Shown: piece after piece, positions 23,897 through 36,880 of the stretch | Layout: each line of letters opens with the position of its first letter | How positions within the stretch are numbered: position 1 is the stretch's first letter | Assembly: GCF_009834535.1 (NCBI RefSeq) | Contig: NC_045696.1 | Span: forward strand, 44,394,001-44,458,000 | Origin: Camelus ferus | Lineage: Eukaryota | Direction: 5' to 3' | DNA length: 64,000 nucleotides | Notes under the pieces: generated by a model | What the model was told of the DNA's origin: nothing | The model's input: the letters and a program-made list of their open reading frames with translations, nothing else | Database searches by the model: none | Translations under genes and position numbers: made by a program

Positions 23897-26094
23897 CCAC
23901 CCGCCGCACTGAGCCTCCAGTCATCTCCTGTGCAAGCCCTCAAGGAAGAGTAACAAAGAAGGCAAGTTCTTTCAACTTCTCGGCAGTGCCGGTCACAAAC
24001 GTATGTGACTGAAGCACAGGAACTTGCTTCTGGTTTCCCTGGCACTGGGCATGATTTATTTCAAGTCACACCCAGATGTGCAGGTGAGGCAGTATTGCAC
24101 TTAGGGTTCCTGAAATTACTTGGGGTGGAAGGAAAACCTCTATTCTAAAAACTCAGTATTCCTTCAATCATGAAGAAAGTGACAAAGAACTTTTTATATT
24201 TGGAGACCCAAAATGTAGCCACCAACAGGTGAATACAGACACTTGAAGCCCACAGTAAATCACAGTAAATGCCCAGGGATCTATTCTTTATATGTTTTTA
24301 GATTATATTTTAAACTTAAGAGTTTTATTAACTGAATTCCTATTTTCTAGCTGCTATCAAGGCTAATATTCTATGGCACACAGACCGGCAATGTCTTAGA
24401 TTCTATCCTAGAGTAATATCCCCTTCAATTTAATACTGGAAAATGTATGTTGTACCTGTCCATTTTCTTAAGAATGGCTACAGAACATTGCCTGCTGTGG
24501 CATAAGGGCTTGGTGGTAGGGAAGCTTTAGAATTCTCTGGAGTTTTTGGTTGGAAAACTAAAGCTTCTAGGCAAGTAACATTACTTAGTCTTCCTCATTG
24601 ATCAGAAATTACTATTGTGATAGCTTCTAAGTCACACAATATTAAACAACCCTGCTATGTGTGACAGTCCTCAATTTGTTTTCTGGTTAATCATTTAATC
24701 CTATGTTTGTTATGCTGGCATGAAAGAATGGAAAATAATATTATTACCTCTCTTCTCAATACAGATTTATCTCCATGCTGAAAAGCACATCACCACTATT
24801 AGCAAATTTGCCAATAAAAAGCTAAGTATACTCAACCCACATTTGCCTTCATATGTATCCTCTACCTGGAACATAATCTGGAGTGAATTTTAGCCATTTA
24901 ACCAACCTTTATTATTGCCAGGGATACAGAGTTTATTTCCTTATTTCTCCCTACTCTACTACTATCTGTATAAATTCTGGAATACTAGGGCAGGAATTAA
25001 CTTGAAGTTATGTGGCATGGAATGGAATGTGGAATGGAACTCAAGTGTAGACAACAGAAGACCTCAAGTTCAAATGTTTAGGTAAATCCAAAAGTTATTC
25101 CAAAAATCTAGAGTCTAAAATCTCACAAGGAAATTCATGTAGTCACCAAATCTGAGAAAAGAGAATCCAGGATTCACATTCAGGATAGAACACCCATAAT
25201 CAGTGAAATATTTTAACTAAGAGATTGGGAGAAAATGGTAAAGACTAGAAGTCATTACACAAAAGGTTAGAATCTCATCTAACCTGCAGCTTTTACTCAA
25301 AGGTAATTTTGGACATGGTGGATGGGTGAACTGGCATGATTTAAAAGGCCAGAGGCAAAGCTAGCACTGACACTCATATAGTTAGACATCTTTGTACAGC
25401 TATTTGACACAGTAGCATCAAAATATGAACATGCTTGCTTTAATCACTGAAAATGTATGCAAACAGGCATTCTTGATCACCTTGATCTCATCTCTAAAAG
25501 TAAAAAGAATAATAGGCTATGTATGGGAAGATATTAGGAAATAGATTAGGGATTGCAGTTAATCTCAAAAATGGAGAGGGACTGTGACTTCATTCACTTT
25601 TTCATTTATTCAACAAATATTTTTGAATGTCTATCATTGTCAAGCAGAGGCATCTGCTACACAGTTTATTTGGCATTGCTTTTTATTAAACCTGAAGTTT
25701 GCAGTTTGATTTTCAATTCAACTTAAATAAGCCAGACTTTTAAAAAGGGAGAAAAACAATTGTGAGAAAACAGACTAGATCAAAATATTAGGTATCTACC
25801 TACCTATATTTCTTTGGAAAATGCCTACCAGTTTATTTTTTTGAAATGGAGATGATTCAGATAAGAATATTCAGAGCCTCATTCCCTTTAATCTCTGCTA
25901 AGGAAAGTTTTATCATTGCCTGTGACCAACACTTCCTCTCTATGTGTGTGTGTGTGTGTGTATGTGCACACTCACATACACACTCAATATCAGGAAGACT
26001 GGCCTGAGGGAAGCAAGCACTAGACATGGATTTGGATTTGGGGAAATTGCATTAGAAAGACCTAAGACTGATTGCAAGATGGAAAGTGAGGCAG

Positions 26095-26142
26095 GTGACT
26101 ATATTCAGATTCTTGTAATAACACATGATGAAAAGGAATCTG

Positions 26143-26205
<63 letters not shown>

Positions 26206-26318
26206 ATGTATAAATGAATCGCTTCATTGTACACCTGAAACTACCATTGTAAATCAACTAATCAATTATACTTCAATGAAAAACAAAATTTTAAAAACCT
26301 GTAAAGAAAAAAAAAATG
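26095..26318 (+). mobile_element. Short cetartiodactyl-type L1 3' end containing an expanded (TA)25
   Basis: GACTATATTCAGATTCTTGTAATAAC...GAAAAGGAATCTGAAAA(TA)n...GAATCGCTTCATTGTACACCTGAAACTA...TGTAAATCAACTA, then an A-rich tail. Confidence 0.85.
26147..26196. repeat. (TA)25 microsatellite
   Basis: Direct reading. Confidence 0.97.
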
Positions 26319-29300
26319 GAGGAGAGAAAAAACTACACCTGGGTAGGCTGAGGTCAGAGACAGATTTTGAGGGAGTGGATGAGAGACTGACTCACCTACA
26401 GGAAGAGGAAAAAATAGATTTTACAAAATTTTTCTAGAAATGCAAATAAAATGTGAAGATACTTTTTCTTTACTGTTATGAATTGCCTCTTCGATGTGAT
26501 TTCCTTAAGACACTGGGCTACTGGTGTGTATAGGGGTTACAACAAGAAAGAATACAACCTAAAAAAGAAAAAATAGTGTGACTATGGCATTTTTAAAAGA
26601 TCACAGAATATACTTTAATGTTTTGCATTCTATATTCTTTTTTCCCCATTGAAATGAATAATGAAGAATTGATGTTTTGTCCTACGCTACTACACTTTTA
26701 CAAAAGAAGTGTTTCTAAGTGATTAGACAACATACACATTCATGGACTCTGTAATACATTTTAATAGGGAGATGTCAATTTAACCAGAAAAGCATGAAAA
26801 CTCTTATTTCCTTTTTTTGATTCATTTTGCTTTTAATTCTTCCATGAAAAAAGAATTTTAAGTGGAAAGATCATAAAGTATTTAAGATATTTGAGTGCAT
26901 AAACATAATTGCACTTGTATATGTATTTGTGTGCAAATACATATACATAATTTTTCCTAAGTAACTAAATTATTATGTCTTAAACAGTCTGTGAAGAGGC
27001 TAAAATAATGATCCTGTTGATTTCATATAATTGAAAATAACCATATTTTAAATCCTGGCATATACTTAGTTCAATTCCAAGTATCACCTAAAATCCTATC
27101 CTCAGCTGTTGCCATTCCTACAAAATATTCACCATGTCGATAATGGGAAGAGAAGGGGACATTGCCAAAGCAAATGAGTGCCACAGTTCACACCCCTTTA
27201 AAAATCTAAATACTGGGGTACAGCCAACATTAGATGTCACCAAATGCAATCACTCAGGAGTATTTACATTTGCACTTGAATGTGACATTAGCCGTCCTCT
27301 GTAGTTTAAATTCCATGGGATGGTTACAGGAGGAGGGAGCTTCTCAGCAAGCCAGATTGCTGCTTTCATCCCTGTTAGATTGCCGCTTTCATCCAGTCAT
27401 TTCATCATAATCCATTATAATAAATTCATAGTAAAGATTCCTAAGAGATACATAGCAGCTGCCTTTTCAACCTCAAAAGCTCCACTTTTATAAATTCTAC
27501 CTCATTAGAGATGATAGAATTATGTCTTTGTCAAGCATCACAAACTGATTGTATGGTTTGGATTGATAAAGTAACAACCAATTTCTTGCCAAATATTTCA
27601 ACTCTTAAGGTTTTAACCAAAACATATTTTCAAATAGGAGAAAGACCCCATCTGTGATTGATTCATTTAATATTAACTCATCTAAATGCTAAATTATGGG
27701 ACACATTTGTGGTTCGGGAAATCTTCTGCTGTTTATTTCTTGCAATCATGACTATGTACTTTTGCCTGTATGAAGCTAATTTTAATTCCATACTGATAGC
27801 TATGGAAGACAGTTGATGTTATCTTTAGTGCTTAAAAACTTTTAAATTCGGATCAATTACTAGCAAAAGAATTTGTTAACTCTGAAGCTTTAGAAACATT
27901 ATTATGAAGTTATAGAAATTACTATTGTTTGTCCAAAGAGTATACAGATTATTGAATAGAATCAATAGAGGTAAAAGATGAGTTCCTAACCTTGAGTCAA
28001 TGGTCCTCTATTACCAGTATCTTCTTTGAAAGGATTCAAAAACAATATGTTGTCAATGGACAAACTGTGTCACGTAATTCGCAAATGTGACCATATTGTT
28101 TAATCATGTACTTTCACAGTAAATTACTGCATCGTTACAAAGAAAAAAATTTGGAAAGTTATACACCAAAATGTTAACAGGAATTGTTTCTAGATTACTT
28201 GTTTTTACTTTCTCTATTATTTCTTATCTGTTTCTGAATTGAAAACTTACCAATAAAAAATAAAAATTTAAAATTCTTCTGTTCACCCCTGCATTAAGAT
28301 AGCCTAAGAGAAACTAAAGATTTGGTATATATTTTAGAAGAAAGGAAACATGTAAATACGTAGTAAATCTCATCAGATTTTCCACTAGCTCATAACATTT
28401 CAACAATATGGTAAATGAAGAATTGTAAAATGCTTCAAAGTTACTTGAAAATTCCAACTTAAAAAACCGGAAAATAATCTTATCAAAAAAGTGACTCAAT
28501 TTAAGGGCTATGCCATATTTATAGGTACTTGATATTCGTAAGATTGTAAGTTTGGTTTACATACCGTCCAAACTTTCCTATGTTATAACTCTCATCCCTA
28601 TGTCTTCTGCACACAAAATTCAGAATTTTGTGCTAGCAGAAAACTTTGTGCCAGCAGCCATCTTTGCATTTTGTTGGATTATATTTTAAGCAAATATAAA
28701 ACAACAGTAAAGATGTGCTGTGCTAGTGATAAAAGGTATGTCTCTTAAACTTAATATAATTGAGATAATGATTGCAATCATCAGATATGCCAGATGTGAA
28801 AATCATTAGGTGTGAAAAAGCTTCAGACCACCATAAAGACTTAAGCTTGTCAAAGGTGGATTTAAATGTAAATTAAAGGAACAAAATTAAAGCATAGGTA
28901 TGAAAGATTGGATATATCATCAAAGATCCTAAGAGGTGAGGTATAATTAAAGAAATTATAATGTTTTTAGTCATCTCAGTAAAGAATCTTCTTTATATAA
29001 TATGTGAATAGATTTTCTGACTTATATTTAAATTTCCCTTACATTTGCAGATAAGCTCATGGAAATTTTGGTCGTACTGAGTACAATGAGCATTAGGTGA
29101 TTTCACCACTGTCTTGCAAGTTAGATACTATTCTCTCAGCTTCATAAATGAAGAAACTTGCTCAAAATACATAGCAATAGACAGAATGAGGAGTAAAATG
29201 CTAGTCTTTCTGATCCCAACAAGCAGGCTTTTTCTATTACATCATTCTTTCTTCCCAACAAACAAACAAAAAATTGTTCAAGATCTAAATTTCAAGATTC

Positions 29301-29575
29301 TGGCCAATTTTAAGAAGAACCAATGAAATTAGGAGTGAACACACAGAATGTGAAATCCAATGGAATCTTGAACATTATCTAATCCATATATTTCTTTTTT
29401 GTGACTGAATCAAAATATATGAAGGATAAGTTATCACCTTTTGACTGTCAACCAGTCCCTCTATAGCAACTGTTTGAGGGTTATTTGCGGGTTTTCAGCA
29501 GCACAAAGGTGTAATTGGAACAACGTGTACTTTCAAGTCTTCATTTCCTTCTCTTTCACTGGCTTCTATCTTTAG

Positions 29576-29800
29576 CATCCAGGCATCTAGCATCTGTTGC
29601 CAGTTAGGCTCATCAGCACTCTACCGCGGTCCCTGATGATCCCCTCGCTCTTGTTAGTGGATCAGCAGGGCATATGGCTGCTTGGGATGGCAGCTTAACC
29701 CTCATCCTGCCAGGGTCCGCGCGGGATCCGTTCATCCCATCACAGTAATCTGTGAGAATAGGTACATATGCACTTCAAGGTTCTGAAGCCATGGTAACCA
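29576..29800. promoter_or_regulatory. CpG-retaining unique element; candidate regulatory element or non-coding exon
   Basis: Seven CpGs in 29625-29730 within CpG-poor DNA; X-box-like GAAGCCATGGTAAC at 29785-29798; plus-strand acceptor at 29574-75 and possible donor after 29761. Confidence 0.35.
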
Positions 29801-30534
29801 GTGGATGACAAAGTCATTAAGAACACTTAATAGTAGTTGGAACTTCTGCACATTTTCATGGCTGCCAGCTGAGAGAGGCAAATATTGTTTTCCAAACACT
29901 ACCTGCAGCTATTAGGAGTCATCAGGGTGTAGGATTTTAGATGGAGATGGGAAAGACCTTTCCATTTGCAGTTTTATGAATTTTTGAGTAGTAATACTTT
30001 GCACGTGTTCTGATTTTTGTTACACGTGCTCTGCACAACACATAGATGTTCTCATGTAATGATATTTAGGTTTTCATCTTATGGGATAAATACATTCCAA
30101 TTTGTTCTCTGTGTGTTCATATAGCAATAATAAACTGTCTATGTATTTGGAAATATTTTTACAGGTTCATATAGTTTTCTTCAGTTCTAGATCATTTAAC
30201 TATCCTATGGACATTTGAATCAACTGCTTTTGAAATTGACAGAGTAAAACATAGACTAAAACTTATCCAACCACATAGGGGCAAAATTATAACTAATACT
30301 GGCATTCTCAATGTAGTGATTTTTTAAATTATCTTTTTCCTCACAATTCTATCTTTGACATTTATAGTGAGGCACAACTTTGATCTGGATTATAAAACAT
30401 GATATGTTCAATATGATCCTGTAAATACTCAATATCTATCCATTTGCATAGATGCATATATGTATGTTTATATATGAATATTCATTTAAACTGTTATTTG
30501 GACAGAACACTACATATATGTAATTTTGTGCAAT

Positions 30535-30800
30535 ATCTTTTTTCCAGCTTTGTTGAGGTATAATTGACAAATAAAAATTGTATATATTTAAAGTATACAA
30601 GTGATGTTTTGATATGCAGATACATTGTGAAATGATTGCCACAATCAGGCTAATTACATCCACCACCTGACATAGTTACCTTTTTGTTTTTTTTGGTGTG
30701 GTGAAAACATTTAAGATTTACTCTAAACAAATTTCAAATGTATAATACAGTATTCTTAACTATAGTCACCATACTATACATTACATTACCAAAAAATTTT
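30535..30800 (-). mobile_element. L1MA-like 3' end, antisense
   Basis: TTTCCAGCTTTGTTGAGGTATAATTGACAAATAAAAATTGTATATATTTAAAGTATACAA...TTAACTATAGTCACCAT. Confidence 0.9.
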
Positions 30801-31829
30801 ATTTAAATATTTACTATTAAAAACTAAAGGCAGCCTTAATAAAACACCATCAGAAAAAGAAAAGCTTGCTACAACTATGCTAAAACTATATTAATTTGTT
30901 AAATATTTGCCATTGTCTAAATAGATAATATAAATAAAATCATTACAAATGTACTGGTGGACCCACCAATATTTTCTTCTGTGAAAAGTAAACAACATAT
31001 AGACCCATGATGATGATTTAAATGGTTTAAGGCAGCTTAGTAAGGCCTGAATTTAAATTCTAACATCTGCACTGAGTAATTGTCCAAGCATTTGAGATAA
31101 AACATTCACTTCTGAGAAATTTCTGGTCTTGTTTTGGAGCACATCTATTACTCACACCAATGCATATTTAAATGGTCTCTTCATCATGATATGGTCTTCT
31201 TCACAAACCAAAAATGTTGTCATTTTAATATCAAGTTCTTAGAATAAATGATCCCTCCTTAACCAATTTCTCTTTAGGCTAGTGCCAAAGAATTCAACGA
31301 CGCAATGACTGACATTCACCACATGCTCTCTGATATTTGAGAAAGTGCATCTGAAAGATACGTTGAACTCCCATTTCTCTGGGCCGAAGCTATATTCCTA
31401 TATTCTCACATCTGGTCTGTATTACTTACTCCCCCTGCCCCAACACACAGTCATGCCTTCACAGTTAAGGTGTAAACTATGTCTTCAGCTTTTCTTTCCT
31501 TCTATTTCATTAGAAACATCCATTTAAAATGTTCATATCTTTTGCAATCCTGTGTCAAAGATATTTGGACATTAAATTATGCTACGTTTATTGTAGAACC
31601 AGCTATATGATTGATTTCCCCTGAAACTCAGTATTAGAAAATATTCTATCCCTGCAAACAAAATTGTACCTCTTTATTATACAAAAAAAAAATTATATAT
31701 GGCTTTTGTGTTTTTGTGTGTGTGTTTTACTTTGACTATAAGAATTCTGAAAGCCAGATCCAATACTCAATGAATGTTAACTAACCATTCTGGGTTATTG
31801 GTACGCTGCTCTTCCTTCACTTTCCAAAA

Positions 31830-31990
31830 TAGCAATCCCTAACATTTCTGGGCCTACTAATACTTTGAGAACATGATCAAAGTTATGAAGCCACTCCCCA
31901 GATTAATGAGCACATACACATAAAATGAAACATAAACTCTCAGGGATTTCAAAGATCAAAACTATGAACCCAGGGTTAAGAACTCTCTTT
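31830..31990. mobile_element. Small hAT-Charlie-type MITE remnant (MER103-like)
   Basis: CTTTGAGAACATGATCAAAGTTATGAAGCCACTCCCCAGA...ATGAACCCAGGGTTAAGAACTCTCT. Confidence 0.45.
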
Positions 31991-32998
31991 TAAAGGATTT
32001 CTGATTTCTTTTTAACTTCACAGTACTGTTTTTTAATCTTGTAAAGTTACTTAGAACTTCTTTAGCAACACCAAGGCAAAAATTACACATTAAAATAATT
32101 CCAATATTAATAAAATAAAGGGAATATTAACATAATAAGAATATCAATAATAAAATAAATATCAATAACTTACTAAAGTCTCATTAATCTCAAACCACAG
32201 CAATAAATTCAAGTTCCATTTACACTGTCTTTTCTTTTCTTCTTTTTCAGTTAAGAGTGGGCAATGATAGGGCAAAGAAATAAACAGAGACCCAGGGTTT
32301 CATATACTGCATCCTGAATACCAGCCTTACATCTCTTCACATCCCTCACTCAATGCAAACTGTATTTCAAGCTGCAGAACTCTGGTTGTGCTACCCAGTG
32401 GACCCTGGATTTCTTGATTGTTGGAGAACAATCTCTTTGAAGTAATCATCGTGGCTCATAATGTGCTTGGTTATTCTACCCAATACACTGAAATGCCCTA
32501 AAAGTAACAGGTGTTTATTACCTCCCTCTGCTTGTGAACTGGAAGTGTGACAAGCAGTGATTTTTTTTTTTTAAGCACCTCCCTGATTTAAATATTTCAT
32601 ATGGAGTCCAATCCACATTTTTAGAAAACACTTGAAAAGATATAACTTGCCATTCTGGATTTAAGAAAAGAAAAAAAAAAATTCAGTGAGCAAAACAAAA
32701 CAAAACAAAAAAGGCCACCCACTGCATCCATAACATGTGCTACACAGTATGCAAGGGTATAGTAAGAGAGCAGAGAACAGCCTCTTTCACATGTTAAATT
32801 TCTCCCTTATTCATGTCTGCATAGCCAGCACAAAGAACATAAAGCAAACCTTTTTATAATTCTTTTAGTCCTAATTTTTCGATCACCATATGTTGTAGTG
32901 TTTATAAATCAAATTCTTGATTATTACCTTAAACGTTGTGAAGTCAATCCAAAGTAGAAACTGATCGTCCAAAGGAGATGCTCTTGGCTCTTATTCAC

Positions 32999-33445
32999 TA
33001 CATTAGTTTCCTAGGCCTGCTGTAACAAATCTCTGTAAATTTAAAGGTTTAGAGCAGCAGAAATTTATTCTGTCACAGTTCTGGCCAAAATCAAGGTGTC
33101 ACAGTGAGGTTCATTTCCTCTGGAGGCTCTGGGGGAGAGTCTGTTCACTGTCTATATCCTGGCTGCTGGAGGTTGAGGGTGACCCTTGGTGTTTCTTGGC
33201 ATGGGGTTGGATACCTCCAGTGTCAGCCTCCATCTTCACAGGACTTCTGTCAGTGTCTCCATGTCTACCTCTCTTTTATTCTGGAGGGGCCTCAGCCACT
33301 GAATTTAGGGCCCATTTGAATCCAGGATGATCTCATCTCATAATTCCTTACCTTAATTATATGTACAAAGATCTTTATTTCAAATGCCACATTCCAAGGT
33401 TCTGGGTAGATGGGAATATGGGGGAGACTGCATTTAATCTACTAC
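32999..33445 (-). mobile_element. MLT1A/B-like MaLR LTR
   Basis: TACATTAGTTTCCTAGGCCTGCTGTAACAAAT...GAAATTTATTCTGTCACAGTTCTGG...CAAGGTGTC...TTTAATCTACTACA. Confidence 0.88.
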
Positions 33446-36400
33446 ACCCACCAGAGAAACTGCTTTTAAGCTATGATTTAGCATCACCTGTTCTTTTTCA
33501 TTCCTGGTGTTGTTGCTGCCTCGATCAGACAACACTGTAAACTTTTAAAATAGCCTTTGTTTTTCACTTCAAAATCCTCTAAAATGCTATTTTTAAAAAG
33601 GCATTTGCTCTTGTTCTCTTTACCAAGGCAATAAATGTTCATCACAGAAAATTTGGAAAATGTGGAAAATCACAAAGGAGAAAATAAAAACCACTTGTAA
33701 TCTCAGAGTTAAAGATTTTTAATATATTAAGTAAATGATTTCACTAGTGTGTGCAAACATCTGTATGCATTAATTACAAGTTTGAAATCATCTTGGGCAT
33801 ATTTTTCACATAATAATTTATATTATATTAAATATCGTTCCATTTTGTAACACGAATGTGTAGTTTTCTTAGGTCATAATTAGATACTATAAATTTTAAC
33901 AGAATATAAGCAGTCTTGCAATAACCCTACTTAAGAGGGCTGACTGCTGAAGCAAGAGGACCCCAGGAGATAAAATTTCTTTAGTGAACACTATTTGAGA
34001 GTAGGGGCTGAGGGGCATAACAGAAATTTAATAAAGAAGTCTATCACCTTCTTGTAAAGGACACACTATGGGCTCCCTAGTAAGGGGGCTCTCAGAAGAG
34101 TCAATAAAAATACCTCCCAAGACATACATTGTATGGACACCTACCACAAAAAGGGTGCCCACTGCAAGATTCCAATACCACCAATATTGCCTTTTTCTGC
34201 TAATACTCCTTAATCCTGCCCAGTCCTGGAGGAGTCAGAAGCAGGCTAGCAAAAGTGGACAAAAGTAGAACAGATACTATCCCTCTCACCATTCTGAGCA
34301 AAGGTGGGGTAAGACTAGGTGGACTTGGGAGAGGAGTAAAAGTTTTGACTTGCACGAGACTAGATTCTTTATTATGTATAAATGAGACAATTTTTGGCTC
34401 TGCAACTGGTGATGAAAGAGATCTGCAAGATAATGGATGGAAAAGGAAAATAAAGAAGCTATTGAAATCATTGGGTAAAGAGATACTCTTAATTTTATCC
34501 TAATTTAGCTTGTTCAATGAACAGGTAAAAGAATAGTATGTTTTTATTTCTGCCTCATCACCCTTCCAGATGAATCATAGAATCAATATGCCAAATTCCA
34601 AAAAGTTTCATTGTGCTTTCAATTTTTTTTTCACTTTTAGAGATTTTTGTTTCTAAAATGTACACATAAAGAATTAAAGCATCTACAACATGATAATAAC
34701 AACTATCATAAAATAGTTAATGCTTCCTACTCCTTCTCCAACATCATGCTCGTATTTAGTTTGGGTTCTAACTTTTAAGACATTCTCCATTCTTTAGAAC
34801 AAGTTTCATTGCTATAAATGTTCCATCACCAAAGTTGTGTTATGTTCTTTTTGATTTGTTTATATAAGGTCACAGTTAAAAACAAAAAGTTAATGCAAAA
34901 TATGGAAATATTTTTCTGACTAGATTTAACCCACTTTTCAACTAATACTATTTTGTGCTTACTCTCATCATTGTACAATAAGATTTTCATGAATTCGGAG
35001 ATGAATAAAATTCTACTCTCAAAAGTTTATAATCTAGTAAGGGAAGAGAATATATAAACAACTACATGTAACAGAAAGAGAAGGAGTTGCATGCAACAGA
35101 CATCAGAACAAAGTTCCATGAGACAGGAGAAGAGAAACAATTAATATTGATGAGGATAATCTAGGAACTTGAAGAAGATGAGGTGGTCACGTCCAGAGAC
35201 TATTTGAGTTGATTTTGGAGGCTAGATAGATGACCTATAACTTGACAAACAATAATTTTTATATTCTACCACTGTGCTCAAGAGACATCTTGGAAACTGT
35301 AATTTTAAAAATTTTGAATTTATATATAATCCATAACACATAGCACGGTTCCTTCAGAGGTGTCTCTTCTGCATTATCTGTTCATTCTTTGTTTGGTTAA
35401 ACTTTTATGTTTCATGATGCATCATCAGTTTTGATATTTTAGCTTGAGCCCAGATTAGTAGATAGAATAAATATTTCCTCCAATGTAACTTGGCAAAATA
35501 CATAAGTTTTACATAGTCTTATTTGGAGAAATGAAGCACAGTGTACATTATTCCCAAAGCAGTGAAAATCAAATCTCTGTGTACCTCCTTGTTCTCAGAG
35601 AGTATTAAGGATGTCAAGGCTATTTTTAAGGACATGTATAACTAACTGTTGTTGAATACAGTTCAGAAACGCTAAAGATCTTAGTCTACTAAGAAATAAT
35701 ATTCTCAGCCAGAAAACCTGGAGAATTTTTATTGGTGAGGAATGTTAAAATGATAAAAATGTAACCTCACTATGATGCCATTTTTCACCTTTGAAATTGC
35801 ATTCCAAGGAGTGACAGTTTTTAAAAGCTACCTCTACCCTACTAGCAAAGGTCAAATTTTCTTAGAATTAATAACATATTCCAATAGATAAATCTAAGTT
35901 TACCCAACACATAAATTAGGAAGTAATTATTTACACCATAAATGATTCACTGCAGGGTTCCTTTAAATCTCTACTAGTGATTTTAAGTAATTGTTTACAG
36001 TTCATTAACTACTTCATAAAAAGACTAGAGGAAGCAGAGAGGCTTACTGCTAAAAAATTCTGAAGATCAACCAGAAATAAAAAAGCAAAATATTCTTGGA
36101 ATTGGAAGGGAGCTAAAGAATCAGGCCAAAACATTTTATTTTTGGAGATAAGGGGCTAAGAGAAGGTCGTGTTGCCCTATGTCATCCAGCTAGTTGCCTA
36201 AATGGGCAAAGCAAAAACTCAGCCTTTTCAACCCACAGTCCAAAAGTCCATCCATTACACTAAAACCAGACAAGTACTGTTCACTTTGCAAATATGTTAT
36301 CAAGAGAGTTTTTTATAAGCTATCTATTCCAGAGTAGAAAATTTATTTCATTTTTAACTGTAAGTACAGAATTGCCAGTTTGTCACTCATTTTATCAGAT

Positions 36401-36554
36401 CAAAATCTATCAAAAGAAAGTAGTCTGAAGGGTTTTATACATGCGATTTGACAGTTTAGCATTACATCTCTTCCAAAATAATAAAAATTAAAGTTAGCTG
36501 GGATACTAAGAGGTAATCCAAGGGGTACAAGAGACCATTCTCTAATTGACCACC

Positions 36555-36880
36555 TGTGCTGCTAACTGGGTTCTCCAGGAAACAAACATGAGATTGACCT
36601 GAGTGGTTAGGATATTTTAGGGAGTACTCCTGGAATCAACTCTTGTGGAAGGGTAGAGGAGGAATCAAGGTCAGGCTGAGAAGAAAGTCAGCCTACAATA
36701 TGGGCAGGCCGAGAACTTCAACCAAGCACACAAGAAGTTTTAGGACTGAAATAGCCCATCTGAGTTGTCTGGAGTGGAATTATCTTTGTTTCATCAGTCA
36801 ATGAATGTGGGCCACCCTGGAAACTCCTTTGTTCCACCACTGAAGGGTCCTTTAAGGAGCAGCTGGTACAACACCCTGTT
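36555..36880 (-). mobile_element. ERVL LTR (LTR16-like), antisense
   Basis: GGGTTCTCCAGGAAACAAACATGAGATTGA is the reverse of an LTR16-type 3' end; compare with 50140-50175. Confidence 0.55.

Noticed and set aside
25944..26234. ORFs with IY/CV repeats
   Set aside because: Products of (TG)n and (TA)n arrays.
29611..29638. REST/RE1-like site
   Set aside because: Needs insertions in both halves relative to TTCAGCACCACGGACAGCGCC.
29634..29786. C/D-box snoRNA-like TGATGA...CTGA
   Set aside because: Spacing about 150 nt, no terminal stem and no rRNA guide complementarity recognised.
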